Source of the DNA: Macrostomum lignano
Taxonomy: Eukaryota
Reading direction: 5' to 3'
NCBI GenBank assembly: GCA_002269645.1
Contig: NIVC01000754.1
Location: 248,001-312,000 of the forward strand
DNA length: 64,000 nucleotides
A model generated the notes under the pieces. That model was not told where the DNA came from. It did no database searches and was given only the letters and a program-made list of their open reading frames with translations. Made by a program: the position numbers and the translations under genes. Of the stretch, positions 1 through 12,184 are shown in pieces; the stretch's first letter is position 1, and every line of letters starts with the position of its first letter.

Positions 1-80
1 CAGCCCATTCACCAAACCAGCCCATTCACCAAGTCAGCCCATTCACCAGTCCAGCCCATTCACCAATCCAGCCCATTCAC
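1..80. repeat. 15-bp tandem repeat (cagcccattcaccaa), cut by the window edge
   Basis: About 5 copies visible. Confidence 0.8.
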
Positions 81-304
81 CTCAGCCTGCGTTGCCCCTC
101 ATAAAGCTTTCCTATTATTAGTTCGGGCATGGTGCTGTTGTGCTCTAAAATTAAAACGTAGTGCCTGCTACAATAATTATACGAGCGTATGCGCAGTAAT
201 GAAGTAAAAAATTGGCCGCTTCTCAGCAGCACATGATTTTGACACATCGATATGAGCCCCCAAGATGAGTTTGCAGCCATGCACTGAAGTTGCACTGCAA
301 TGAG

Positions 305-925
305 AATGAGCACACTGTAGTGAGAGTGAGCGCACTACAGTGAGAGTGAGCACACTGCAGTGAGAGTGAGCACACTGCAGTGAGAATGAGCACACTGCAG
401 CTAGAGAGAGCACACTGTAGCTAGAGAGAGCACACTGCAGTGAGAATGGGCACACTGCAGTTAGAATGAGCACACTGCAGTGAGAGTGAGCGCACTACAG
501 TGAGAGTGAGCGCACTACAGTGAGAGTGAGCGCACTACAGTGAGAGTGAGCACACTGCAGTGAGAATGAGCACACTGCAGTGAGATTGAGCACACTGCAG
601 TTAGAATGAGCACACTGCAGTTAGAATGAGCACACTGCAGTTAGAATGAGCACACTGCAGTTATAATGAGCACACTGCAGTTAGAATGAGCACACTGCAG
701 TTAGAATGAGCACACGGCAGTGAGATTGAGCACACTGCAGCGAGAGTGAGCACACTGCAGTGAGAGTGAGCACACTGCAGTTAGAATGAGCACACTGCAG
801 TGAGGATGAGCACACTGCAATGAGAATGAGCACACTGCAGTTAGAATGAGCACACTGCAGTTAGAATGAGTATACTGCAGTGAGAATGAGCACACTGCAG
901 TGAGAATGAGTGAGCACACTGCAAT
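305..925. repeat. 20-bp minisatellite (gagcacactgcagtgagaat)
   Basis: Direct inspection. Confidence 0.9.
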
Positions 926-929
926 GCGA

Positions 930-1213
930 GTGAGCTGTGATGTGTCAGCAGCAGTGACTACTCAGTGTCCCCATGCAAATCGTGAGCTGTGATGTGTCAG
1001 CAGCACTGACTACTCAGTGTCCCCATGCAAATCGTGAGCTGTGATGTGTCAGCAGCACTGACTACTCAGTGTCCCCATGCAAATCGTGAGCTGTGATGTG
1101 TCAGCAGCACTGACTACTCAGTGTCCCCATGCAAATCGTGAGCTGTGATGTGTCAGCAGCACTGACTACTCAGTGTCCCCATGCAAATCGTGATAAGCTG
1201 TGATGTGTCAGTA
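930..1213. repeat. 52-bp minisatellite, about 5 copies
   Basis: Unit starts at 930, 982, 1034 and onward. Confidence 0.9.
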
Positions 1214-1960
1214 GTATTAACGGTCGTGATATTTTAACCACTAGAAAATTTCAATTCTGGCAATGGTCTGTGCACCAGAAACTACATCATGTCGAATTGA
1301 ACCCCGCAGCCAGCTGAGCCATGCTGCACAGCATGCATCTCGCCACCCAGACTCGCACAGAGCTTCATCAGGAGCTTAAAGAGATTCCGATCAGACCCGA
1401 TCTGCAGAGGCTGATGAGGCAGCAACGCTACAAGGCAGACCGCAGCGGCCCACCGGAAGAGCGAGTGGCGGTGCAGCTGCGTGAAGCACCTGAGAGGCTG
1501 CACAGGATGCAGAAGCAGAGTTGATGGTGTTTATGGTTCGCTCAGAGCCAGCCAGTGCTTCAGCATTAAAATACTGTAAACAGTTGCCATGGCTTATCTG
1601 ACTGCATCTCTTACTGGCACAAGAGTTGTCCAGCCTGCACTTTGCTGCAATTCAGTCGTGGCTGCAGCTGATTAACTTTATGCCTGCAGCCTTGAGCTGA
1701 GGGTTCAGACCGAATGGATGCAACAGGGACAGGGGATGGAGCTGTATTGGTGACCAGCCTCTGCTCTCCATCATGCAGTCTCGCACACCGAAATTCGAAT
1801 TCTATATTTCTTGGGAGATTTCTGTAATTCCCAGCGTCTCTTCTGCATCAGTCCGCAACTTTGAGTCCTGTAGCTGCGTGACTGAGAGCAAACCCCAGCT
1901 AAGTGTTGAGAATAATGAGTGCTTTGTTTCCGAATATCTGAATTGTAGTTTTTTATTGTT

Positions 1961-2987
1961 GCTCAGTGAGCTCAGTGAGATGGCATCAGCAGGAACTGGA
2001 GTATCTGAGTAAATAAACAGTCCAACACATGCATTGCTGCTCAGTGAGCTCAGTGAGATGGCATCAGCAGGAACTGGAGTATCTGAGTAAATAAACAGTC
2101 CAACACATGCATTACTGCTCAGTGAGCTCAGTGAGATGGCATCAGCAGGAACTGGAGTATCTGAGTAAATAAATAGTCCAACACATGCATTGCTGCTCAG
2201 TGAGCTCAGTGAGATGGCATCAGCAGGAACTGGAGTATCTGAGTAAATAAACAGTCCAACACATGCATTGCTGCTCAGTGAGCTCAGTGAGATGGCATCA
2301 GCAGGAACTGGAGTATCTGAGTAAATAAACAGTCCAACACATGCATTGCTGCTCAGTGAGCTCAGTGAGATGGCATCAGCAGGAACTGGAGTATCTGAGT
2401 AAATAAACAGTCCAACACATGCATTGCTGCTCAGTGAGCTCAGTGAGATGGCATCAGCAGGAACTGGAGTATCTGAGTAAATAAACAGTCCAACACATGC
2501 ATTGCTGCTCAGTGAGCTCAGTGAGATGGCATCAGCAGGAACTGGAGCATCTGAGTAAATAAACAGTCCAACACATGTATTGCTGCTCAGTGAGCTCAGT
2601 GAGATGGCATCAGCAGGAACTGGAGTATCTGAGTAAATAAACAGTCCAACACATGGATTGCTGCTCAGTGAGCTCAGTGAGATGGCATCAGCAGGAACTG
2701 GAGTATCTGAGTAAATAAACAGTCCAACACATGGATTGCTGCTCAGTGAGCTCAGTGAGATGGCATCAGCAGGAACTGGAGTATCTGAGTAAATAAACAG
2801 TCCAACACATGGATTGCTGCTCAGTGAGCTCAGTGAGATGGCATCAGCAGGAACTGGAGTATCTGAGTAAATAAACAGTCCAACACATGCATTGCTGCTC
2901 AGTGAGCTCAGTGAGATGGCATCAGCAGGAACTGGAGTATCTGAGTAAATAAACAGTCCAACACATGCATTGCTGCTCAGTGAGCTC
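1961..2987. repeat. 78-bp minisatellite, about 13 copies
   Basis: Unit starts at 1961, 2039 and onward; explains the 26-aa repeat in ORF 1802..3862. Confidence 0.92.
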
Positions 2988-2994
2988 TGTCGGA

Positions 2995-3747
<753 letters not shown>

Positions 3748-3753
3748 CCAGCC

Positions 3754-4218
3754 TCAGTTCTGGCCAGTCGCGCCCTTTCGCAGCCTCCTCCAGCGCCGCT
3801 TGGCCAGTCTCGGGTCCAGAGAGATTTTGTAGCCGAGCTGAGCGACTGTCTGAGCAACACAAAGGTAGGTGGCCCTTTTCGTTTTGTCCTCCACCGGTTT
3901 CTCCATCATGTCGCGGTTCACCCGGGTCATGATGTTCAGCAGGTCGTCCTCCCTATAGTGCCGCTCGATCATCCGGCACAGGGTTTGCACGAACTTGGAC
4001 CCGGTCTCAGGAAACCTGTAGGAGACCTGGTTCTCTGTGGTGGCGTAGCACAGCAGGAAGTCGGCTTTGGCCGGAGAGAAGGCCGGCAGGGGCTTCGGGA
4101 CTTGCGGCTCGTTAAACTTCGTACTGCTGTCGTCTAGGGGTGCATCGTGATGCTGACCGCGGCAGGCCTGGATGAAAAATATCTTCGGCTTGCCGGCCAG
4201 ACTCGGGCAGCAGCTCGA
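3754..4218 (-). CDS. Caspase exon with catalytic Cys (QACRG), linker and small subunit (p10)
   Basis: [30 protein letters not shown]...[33 protein letters not shown]...; this frame is missed by the ORF track upstream of 3990; stop TGA at 3754-3756. Confidence 0.92.
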   Translation of the reverse strand, partial: SSCCPSLAGKPKIFFIQACRGQHHDAPLDDSSTKFNEPQVPKPLPAFSPAKADFLLCYATTENQVSYRFPETGSKFVQTLCRMIERHYREDDLLNIMTRVNRDMMEKPVEDKTKRATYLCVAQTVAQLGYKISLDPRLAKRRWRRLRKGATGQN

Positions 4219-7200
4219 CTTGAGGGAGGGAGAGTAGCGCTGAGAGTGGCGCTGAGAGTGGCGCTGGGAGTGGCGCTGAGAGTGGCGCTGAGAGTGGCGC
4301 TGAGAGTGGCGCTGAGAGTGGCGCTGATAGTGGCGCTGAGAGTGGCGCTGAGAGTGGCGCTGAGAGCGGCCCTGAGAGGGGCGCTAGGAGTGGCGCTGAG
4401 AGAGACTGGCGCTGAGAGTGGCGCTGAGAGTGGCGCTGAGAGTGGCGCTGGGAGTGGCGCTGAGAGTGGCGCTGAGAGGGGCGCTGAGTGTGGCGCTGAG
4501 AGTGGCGCTGAGAGGGGTGCTGAGAGTGGCGCTGAGAGTGGCACTGAGAGTGGCACTGAGAGTAGCGCTGAGAGCGGCGCTGAGAGTGGCGCTGAGAGTG
4601 GCGCTGGGAGTGGCGCTGAGAGTGGCGCTGAGAGTAGCGCTGAGAGTGGCGCTGGGAGTGGCGCTGAGAGTGGCGCTGAGAGTGGCGCTGAGAGTGGCGC
4701 TGATAGTGGCGCTGGGAGTGGCGCTGGGAGTGGCGCTGAGAGTGGCGCTGGGAGTGGCGCTGAGAGTGGCGCTGGGAGTGGCGCTGAGAATGGCGTTGAG
4801 AGTAGAAATGAAAGTGCCGCTGAAAGTAGCGGAAAAATATTTACAGCTTCTGCACCCACCTGAAATATTTTGGTGACATCAGGAATTTTGCACAGCCTTC
4901 CGTCGAATCCGTACACGCCGTCCGGGCTGCCGTGTGCCATGAGAAAGCAGACAAAGCAGCCGTGCCGCTCCAGCTGGTCTGAGCGCTGCAGCTGCCTCAG
5001 GCATTGGAGAATTCCATCGGCTGTGAGGTCCTCCTCCAACGTCACGGTAAATCGCAGCTTTCCGAAGACTTCCTTCACTCGCTCCACATCCCACTGTGAG
5101 CCTTCGCGATCCTCAAAGCGGCTAGCTGGGTACTTGTTGATGTTGATGATGAGGCAGAAGCCTTGCGGGTCCGTCACTCGGTAGAAATCTTCAAGCCTGA
5201 AATGCCGCCAGAGTTTTTGCTGTTCTGTAGCTGTGTGTGATGTAGCTGTGTGCTGTAGCTGTGTGCTGTAGCTGTGTGTGATGTGTGATGTGTGATGTGT
5301 CGTGAGTGACGCGCTCCCAGAGGTGCTCCGTGCGTACAACGTGCCAGAGCTGCTGATTTCTGCTGTCATGGCGCTGTACCACGGCACGACGGCTGCTGTC
5401 TCAACACCGGACGGCCTATCGGATTTCTTCGAGACATCCTCCGGGGTGCTCCAGGGAGATACGCTAGCGCCGTTCCTATTTATTCTGGTGCTTGACTGGG
5501 TGCTACGGACTGCTCTGCCTTCCAACGACGACGGCTTTCTGCTGCGGCGACGCGTGGGTCGACGCCAACCAGAAAGACGGCTCAGCGTGCTTGGCTACGC
5601 CGATGACCTCGCCCTGCTGTCCTCGACCGTCCTCGTCCTCGTGTCCTCGTCGAGGGCGCCCAACGTCAGCTGGATAGGCTGGTTGCTGTTGCGGCGAGCG
5701 TCGGCCTGGTGGTCAACACGCAGAAGACCGCCGTGCTATGCGTGCCGGACGACACCGAGGCTGCAATCTTCTGCCGAGGCGCTGACGGACAGGCGAGTGA
5801 GCTTCCAAGATGTCAGCAGTTCGTCTACCTCGGCGGTCTGGTTCCCGACGTCCGCGAGGATCTGCGGCGTCGCCAAGGACTTGCCTGGGCTGCCTTTCGT
5901 TCTATAAGGTCAGTCCTGCAGTCCGAGGCCCTACCGGACCGCCAGAGTGCGGAGCTGTTCCAGGCGGTGATCGAGACCGTCCTGTTATACAACTCCGAGA
6001 CCTGGACGCTGACAGACTCGCTCGAGGCTGAAGTCGACGCGGCGCACGCTGGTCTGCTGCGCGCCGCCTTCGAGATCGGCAACGAGCGAGTCACCAACAC
6101 GGCGCTCTATCATCGCGCCGGCCTGGCCCGTCCTAGCGATCTGCTGCGCCGTCGGCGACTCCAGCTGGCAGGCCACGTCATCCGCGCCGAGGCCTACTTT
6201 CCGGAGCCGGTGCAGGAGGTGCTGCTACTTACGTTGTAGGCACCCTACCGGCGGGGACAGGCGAGGACTCGGCGCTACGTCGACTGTCTGCTGGCTGACG
6301 CCGGCGCCCCGGACTCTGCCGGCGGTGCGGCCTTTGTTCGCGCCCAAGCTTCGAAGCGCGCCATCTGACGCTGCTTTTGCGAACTGGCAGCGTACTCTGT
6401 TGTTGTTGTTGTTGTTGTTGTGATGTAGCTGTGTGTGCTGTAGCTGTGTGCTGTAGCTGTGTGTGCTGTAGCTGTGTGCTGTAGCTGTGTATGCTGTAGC
6501 TGTGTGCTGTAGCTGTGTGTGCTGTAGCTGTGTGTGCTTTAGCTATGTGCTGTAGCTGTGTGATGTAGCTGTGTGTGCTGTAGCTGTGTGCTGTAGCTGT
6601 GTGTGTTTTAGCTGTGTGCTGTAGCTGTGTGTGCTGTAGCTGTGTGTGCTGTAGCTGTGTGTGCTGTAGCTGTGTGCTGTAGCTGTGTGTGCTGTAGCTG
6701 TGTGATGTAGCTGCGTGTGCTGTAGCTGTGTGCTGTAGCTGTGTGTGATGTAGCTGTGTGTGCTGTAGCTGTGTGTGCTGTAGCTGTGTGTGCTGTAGCT
6801 GTGTGCTGTAGCTGTGTGTGATGTAGCTGTGTGCTGTAGCTGTGTGTGCTGTAGCTGTGTGCTGTAGCTGTGTGCTGTAGCTGTGTGCTGTAGCTGTGTG
6901 CTGAAGGAACTCACGGCACTGCCAGAGGCTCATCGAAGTAGATCTTGTCGTCGTACCTAAATAGGCAGTGCAAAGTCTTAAGTCAGGAAATTCAGATAGG
7001 AGTCCATCCATGCTCTGTGCTTCATTATATCCTTTTTATTGTTTTTTATTAAAATAACTATTCCTAATAATTTTGAGCTCAAATGCCACACCACAATGCT
7101 TCTTGCTGGTGTCTCACAGCTCGCAGGCAGCTGAACATTAATATTCAACTGGAATCTGCAGTCAAACTGCACTGCAAACTCCCTCAATGCAGCTCAGTCA

Positions 7201-9297
7201 GTGTCTGCTGCCCATTTAAACTAAAAAAATATAAAAATGCCCACTCAGAGCAACTGCAGTCAGCTGCTCAATATTCAATCACAAATTACAGCATATTGTT
7301 TATCAATGATAAATCAAAGTCAGAGAGACATTCTCAGTCGCCATGGAAACTCACCCACGCAGCAGCTCCGCCAGTTCGCTCTTTCCGTTCTGTGTGGCGA
7401 AATCCAGCGCAGTCCTGCCGTCTCTGTCCTTCAGGCTCCAATCCGCCCCTGAGTCCAGCAGAACCCGACCGACTGCGGCGGCGGTGGCGAGGGGCGCAGT
7501 GAAGACTGCCTCCATGAGGGGCGTGAATTCACAAAAATCCGTAGCATTGGCGGAGGCTCCGGCAGCCAGCAGAGCGGAGGCTATTGCAGAATTGCCAGCC
7601 TCGGCTGCAAGGTGCAGGCAACTGACAGTCCATGTATTTGCACAGGTGGGGTCACCCAGCAGCACCAGCTGCTCCCACAGAGCCTCATCACCGCACGAGC
7701 TGTTCTGAGCTGCCCACATCAACGCGGTGCGACCGAATTCGTCAGGCAGGTCGCAGATGCCGCGGGTCGCCGCTCGCCGCAGCCCCGCCGAGTCGCCCGC
7801 CTCGGCCAGCCGCTGCAGTTCCTGTCGATCCGCCTCCTCCTGCAAAGGCGAGCGGGAAATTTGAGCACAGCTGCTCAGCTGCAGCCGCATCGGCACCGCA
7901 GATGCCGCTCACCTGGGCTGTCAGGCCGGAAATCTCGCCGAGTGCATCTACGACCAGCCGCATCTCCCTGCAACAGCAAAAATGAGCAGCCAATTTGCAG
8001 TTTTCTCAAATCAGTCAATTACCATGGCCAAAATAAAATTATCTTGTACGATTAAATCTCTTTGATCTGCTTCAATTTTCGTACTAAATTCAGTAGACAG
8101 AAATTCCTAGTTTTCTGAGCTGCTCGCAGATGGAGTTTCCCAGAGGACAGCAGCAGCTCTGCAACAATCAGCATTGGCGAGAGCGCATCCGACTTCTCAC
8201 ACGCAGCTCATTTTCCATTTCTGCAGCATGAGTTTCCTTCCATCTCAAAATGTCTCACAAAGCACCCGCGCACAGCCTCCCAGTTCTCCATCTACAGCTC
8301 AACACACACACTCCCACTGCACACCGAGGCCCTACAGCTTCCATTATCGACTGAGATCAACCGCCACCCCATTGGCTGGGAGGCAGCCAGCCAATCACAG
8401 CTCTCGTTCATAAGCAGTCAGAGACAGAGACAAGCTCAGCTGACTGGCTCTGATTGGCTGGCCTGAGACTGCAGCTCTGGCCACCCCAGCCGAATGCTGC
8501 AAAACTTGATGGACACAGCAGCGAACTGCTCACTCACCGCTCGATGTAGCTGGCCAGCTCTGAGTGACTGCTGAACCTCGCCAGGTCCGACGCCGTCCGA
8601 CCCTCGCGATTCTTCAGTCCGAGCAGCCGCGACCTCTTCGAGTTTCCGTGCTCAAAGCACTCATTGAACCTCCATTGTCTGAGCAGGTGCAGCAGGTGCT
8701 TGGCGCATTTCCAGCTTCCAGTCCGCGCCGCCTCCATCATCGGAGTGGCGCCGTTGTCGTTCCGCAGCCACTTCGCATCGAACGATAGCAGCGTCAGCAG
8801 CCGCAGGTGGTCCCGCCGGGCTGCCAGGTGCGCAGCCGTGTCGCCGTTCGCGTCAGCCGCCTTGGGGTTCGCGCCCAGCTCAAATAAGTACAAGATGCAC
8901 TTTTCAGTGTGCACGGGAGTCTCAGGAGCGTCGGCCACCAGCATGAGGACGGTCCGACGAGCTGCATCAGCGCTGGTGACCAGCTGGAGCGTTGCCAGCC
9001 GCCGCACTTGGTCGAAGTCACCTCGGATGACGTCATGAGCGAGAGTCTGGAGATCGGCTGGTGAGTCTCCGACGCTTGCCCGGTTGTTGGGGTCCGGCTG
9101 AGTGAGTTCCTGCAACTGCAATTGAGGCACCCAAGCTGCACATTCAAACATGTGAGTGAGTTCCTGCAAAATGCAATCAAGCCTAAGGCATATTTATTTA
9201 AGGCATTTTTACTTACTTTTTCATCAGAAAAGAGAGATGGTTTCTTTTTTCTTTTTATTAACTTATTAAGCAAGGCTTTTGGCCCTCGCTCTGCCAT
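3754..9297 (-). CDS. Ankyrin-repeat caspase, 7 coding exons, about 657 aa (N-terminal basic peptide - ANK module 1 - ANK module 2 - caspase p20/p10)
   Basis: Exons in transcript order: 9297-9217 ([27 protein letters not shown]), 9046-8538, 7967-7913 ([18 protein letters not shown]), 7839-7355, 6956-6915 ([14 protein letters not shown]), 5196-4860, 4218-3754. All six introns are GT-AG and the phases match (0,2,0,2,2,0), giving one open frame of 1974 nt. Caspase motifs [24 protein letters not shown] and [12 protein letters not shown]; several GxTALMxAA / TAAHLAA ankyrin motifs. Confidence 0.85.
4235..4800. repeat. 12-bp minisatellite (agtggcgctgag) in a caspase intron
   Basis: Fills intron 4219-4859. 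Confidence 0.92.
4860..5196 (-). CDS. Caspase large-subunit (p20) exon with catalytic His
   Basis: [22 protein letters not shown]...[21 protein letters not shown]...[20 protein letters not shown]; acceptor catttcag, donor CAG/gtgggt. Confidence 0.92.
5225..6902. repeat. tgtagctgtgtgc 13/15-bp satellite, split by the LINE into 5225-5300 and 6422-6902
   Basis: Same motif on both sides of the LINE. Confidence 0.9.
5295..6422 (+). mobile_element. 5'-truncated, inactive non-LTR retrotransposon (RTE-like reverse transcriptase C-terminal part) inside a caspase-gene intron
   Basis: RT motifs [20 protein letters not shown] and [11 protein letters not shown], followed by YLG and the RTE-type [10 protein letters not shown]...RRLQLAGHV region. 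A short insertion near 5630-5650 shifts the frame, there is a premature TAG at 6237-6239, and a (GTT)n 3' tail at about 6397-6422. Confidence 0.88.
7355..7839 (-). CDS. Ankyrin-repeat module 2 exon of the ANK-caspase gene
   Basis: [54 protein letters not shown]; acceptor tttgcag, donor GG/gtgagt. Confidence 0.9.
8538..9046 (-). CDS. Ankyrin-repeat module 1 exon of the ANK-caspase gene
   Basis: [42 protein letters not shown]; acceptor atctccag, donor CG/gtgagt. Confidence 0.9.
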
Positions 9298-9914
9298 GGC
9301 TGCAAGCTCAGTCCGTCAGTCGCAGGTGTCTCAGCTCAGCCCGAGAGTCCGGCAGGGCAGCGGCCGCCTCTGCAGCTGGTTTTATTGGCCCTGGAGCAGC
9401 TGCAGCGAATTCCTTCTCACCCTGCCTTTCTGCCTCTCCCATTGGCTCTGAGGGAACAGCAGAACTGCTGCAATGTCAGTGCGTGGCTACTTGAAGCAGT
9501 CAGTGTGCGACTGCGGATTTGCTTGCAAAGTTTGTGCAATTAAAAAGCAAATAAGAATAATATTTTTATTCGCAGGCCAGCTCCATTTATCCATCAGGAA
9601 TTTCAAACTGGAAAATACTTTGTTGCGGTGAAGCAGATCAGTGCAAACATAAACAGCTTGAGCACATGATTGTTCTTCTCAGACTCAACTGCAAGACTCG
9701 GACTGCTACTCATCAGTAGTCAGTAAAGCTTTCACAAACTCATAGGTGTTTTTTTAGTGGATGGAATTCCGCTCAAGTTTTATTTTGACAAAAATTGTTT
9801 TGAGTCGCAACTGCACTGGTTGAAAACTCCACGAGTTCGACAAAATGAATAGGGAGATGAGAGCACTGCAGCATGAGGTGCATATGATCGGTATTTTTTG
9901 GAATTTGGAAAAGC

Positions 9915-10915
9915 CAGACTCCCCTCTGCTCCAATCCCTATCTCCCCTCTCTTCTAATCCCCCTACCCCCCCCTCTCCTCCATTCCCTATCTTCCCTCTT
10001 CTCCATTCCCTATCTTCCCTCTTCTCCATTCCCTATCTTCCCTCTCCTCCATTCCCTATCTTCCTCTTCTCCATTCCCTATCTTCCCTCTTCTCCATTCC
10101 CTATCTTCCCTCTCCTCCATTCCCTATCTTCCTCTTCTCCATTCCCTATCTTCCCTCTCCTCCATTCCCTATCTTCCTCTTCTCCATTCCCTATCTTCCC
10201 TCTCCTCCATTCCCTATCTTCCCTCTCCTCCATTCCCTATCTCCCCTCTCTTCTAATCCCTACCCCCCTCTCCTCCATTCCCTATCTCCCCTCTGCTCCA
10301 ATCCCTATCTCCCCTCTCTTCTAATCCCCCTACCCCCCCCTCTCCTCCATTCCCTATCTTCCCTCTTCTCCATTCCCTATCTTCCCTCTTCTCCATTCCC
10401 TATCTTCCCTCTTCTCCATTCCCTATCTTCCCTCTCCTCCATTCCCTATCTTCCTCTTCTCCATTCCCTATCTTCCCTCTCCTCCATTCCCTATCTTCCC
10501 TCTCCTCCATTCCCTATCTCCCCTCTCTTCTAATCCCTACCCCCCTCTCCTCCATTCCCTATCTCCCCTCTGCTCCAATCCCTATCTCCCCTCTCCTCCA
10601 TTCCCTATCTTCCCTCTGCTCCAATCCCTATCTCCCCTCTCCTCCATTCCCTATCTTCCCTCTGCTCCAATCCCTATCTCCCCTCTCCTCCATTCCCTAT
10701 CTCCCCTCTCCTCCATTCCCTATCTTCCCTCTTCTCCATTCCCTATCTTCCCTCTGCTCCAATCCCTATCTCCCCTCTCCTCCATTCCCTATCTCCCCTC
10801 TCCTCCATTCCCTATCTCCCCTCTGCTCCAATCCCTATCTCCCCTCTCTTCTAATCCCTACCCCCCTCTCCTCCATTTCCTATCTTCCCTCTCCTCCAAT
10901 CCCCATCTCCCCTTT
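9915..10915. repeat. Pyrimidine-rich minisatellite (ctcctccattccctatcttccc-like, about 21-22 bp)
   Basis: Direct inspection. Confidence 0.88.
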
Positions 10916-11449
10916 TTTCCTTTCTACCAGTTCACTCTCTCCACTGTCTCTCATTTTTTCTTACGATTTTCAGCTATAAGCCACTGAAATATTGCTGATA
11001 CGACTAGATAAGAATCCAATCACGTTACTATAGTAAGTAGTATATCCATACCTTGTTACGATGCACACTATTTTACATTTGCCAATTTGTATTGGAAAAC
11101 TACAGATATGCTTTCAGAGAACAGTGGACCTGCATTGCGTTATGAAAAATGTAGTTCAGTCAGGTGCAATATCTTTATATTGCTCTGGAAACTCAATTAA
11201 AAATCGAAGTCCTTCGCATAATTTTGAATCCTTTGCAGATATTTAATTAAGTTTTTGGAACGAATTTACACTATCATTTTTCACTACGAGCTATATAAAA
11301 TGAATAAAAATGTGGAAGACCTGGAAAAATCGCTTTTTGTTCACGCTTAAAATGCTTTGTTGTCATGGTAACAAAAACGGTGCCATGAGTGTGTGTTGTG
11401 TTCTCAGACCTCTCTGAGTGTGTGATCATGGTCATGGCCATGATCTGCT

Positions 11450-12115
11450 CTCCCCTATCTGCTCTCCCCTATCTCCTCTCCCTATCTCCTCTCCCCTATC
11501 TCCTCTCCCTATCTCCTCTCCCCTATCTCCTCTCCCTATCTCCTCTCCCCTATCTCCTCTCCCTATCTCCTCTCCCCTATCTCCTCTCCCCTATCTCCTC
11601 TCCCCTATCTCCTCTCCCTATCTCCTCTCCCCTATCTCCTCTCCCTATCTCCTCTCCCCTATCTCCTCTCCCTATCTCCTCTCCCCTATCTCCTCTCCCT
11701 ATCTCCTCTCCCCTATCTCCTCTCCCCTATCTCCTCTCCCCTATCTCCTCTCCCCTATCTCCTCTCCCCTATCTCCTCTCCCCTATCTCCTCTCCCCTAT
11801 CTCCTCTCCCCTATCTCCTCTCCCCTATCTCCTCTCCCCTATCTCCTCTCCCCTATCTCCTCTCCCCTATCTCCTCTCCCCTATCTCCTCTCCCCTATCT
11901 CCTCTCCCCTATCTCCTCTCCCCTATCTCCTCTCCCCTATCTCCTCTCCCCTATCTCCTCTACCCTATCTCATCTCCCTATCTCCTCTCCCCTATCTGCT
12001 CTCCCTATCTGCTCTCCCCTATCTCCTCTCCCATATCTCATATTTCTTCTCTCATTTCCCTTCTCTCCTCACACTTCTCTCGTCTTCTCTCCTCCTATTC
12101 CACTCCTCTCTCCTT
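11450..12115. repeat. 14/15-bp pyrimidine-rich minisatellite (cccctatctcctct)
   Basis: Direct inspection. Confidence 0.9.
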
Positions 12116-12119
12116 TCTT

Positions 12120-12184
12120 CTCTCCCGCAGGCATGCGCTAGATTCTCTATCTGGCACTTCAGGTAAAACTGTTTGCAAACCCTG
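12120..12184. mobile_element. Right end of a related hAT MITE copy, left end not found
   Basis: cccgcagGcatgcgctagattct..atctgg...aggtaaaa...aaccctg aligns with 34275-34334 and is likewise preceded by a CT-rich array. Confidence 0.55.

Noticed and set aside
1321-1524. 67-aa plus-strand ORF that looks protein-like
   Set aside because: No recognisable domain and no exon partners that I could link; left unannotated.
930-2987. CRISPR-like appearance of regularly spaced repeats
   Set aside because: Units are contiguous with no unique spacers, there are no cas genes, and the DNA is eukaryotic.
4219-4859. Pro/Ala/Ser-rich insert apparently inside the caspase (ORF 4134..5525) and Gly/Ala/Glu/Ser ORFs on the plus strand
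   Set aside because: It is a 641-nt GT-AG intron filled with a 12-bp repeat. Read-through is out of frame with the QACRG exon.
8386-8508. About 120-bp segment with ccagccaatca...tgattggctgg inverted repeat, present only in the caspase paralogue intron
   Set aside because: Too short, with no clear TSD, to call a MITE; may be a simple indel.
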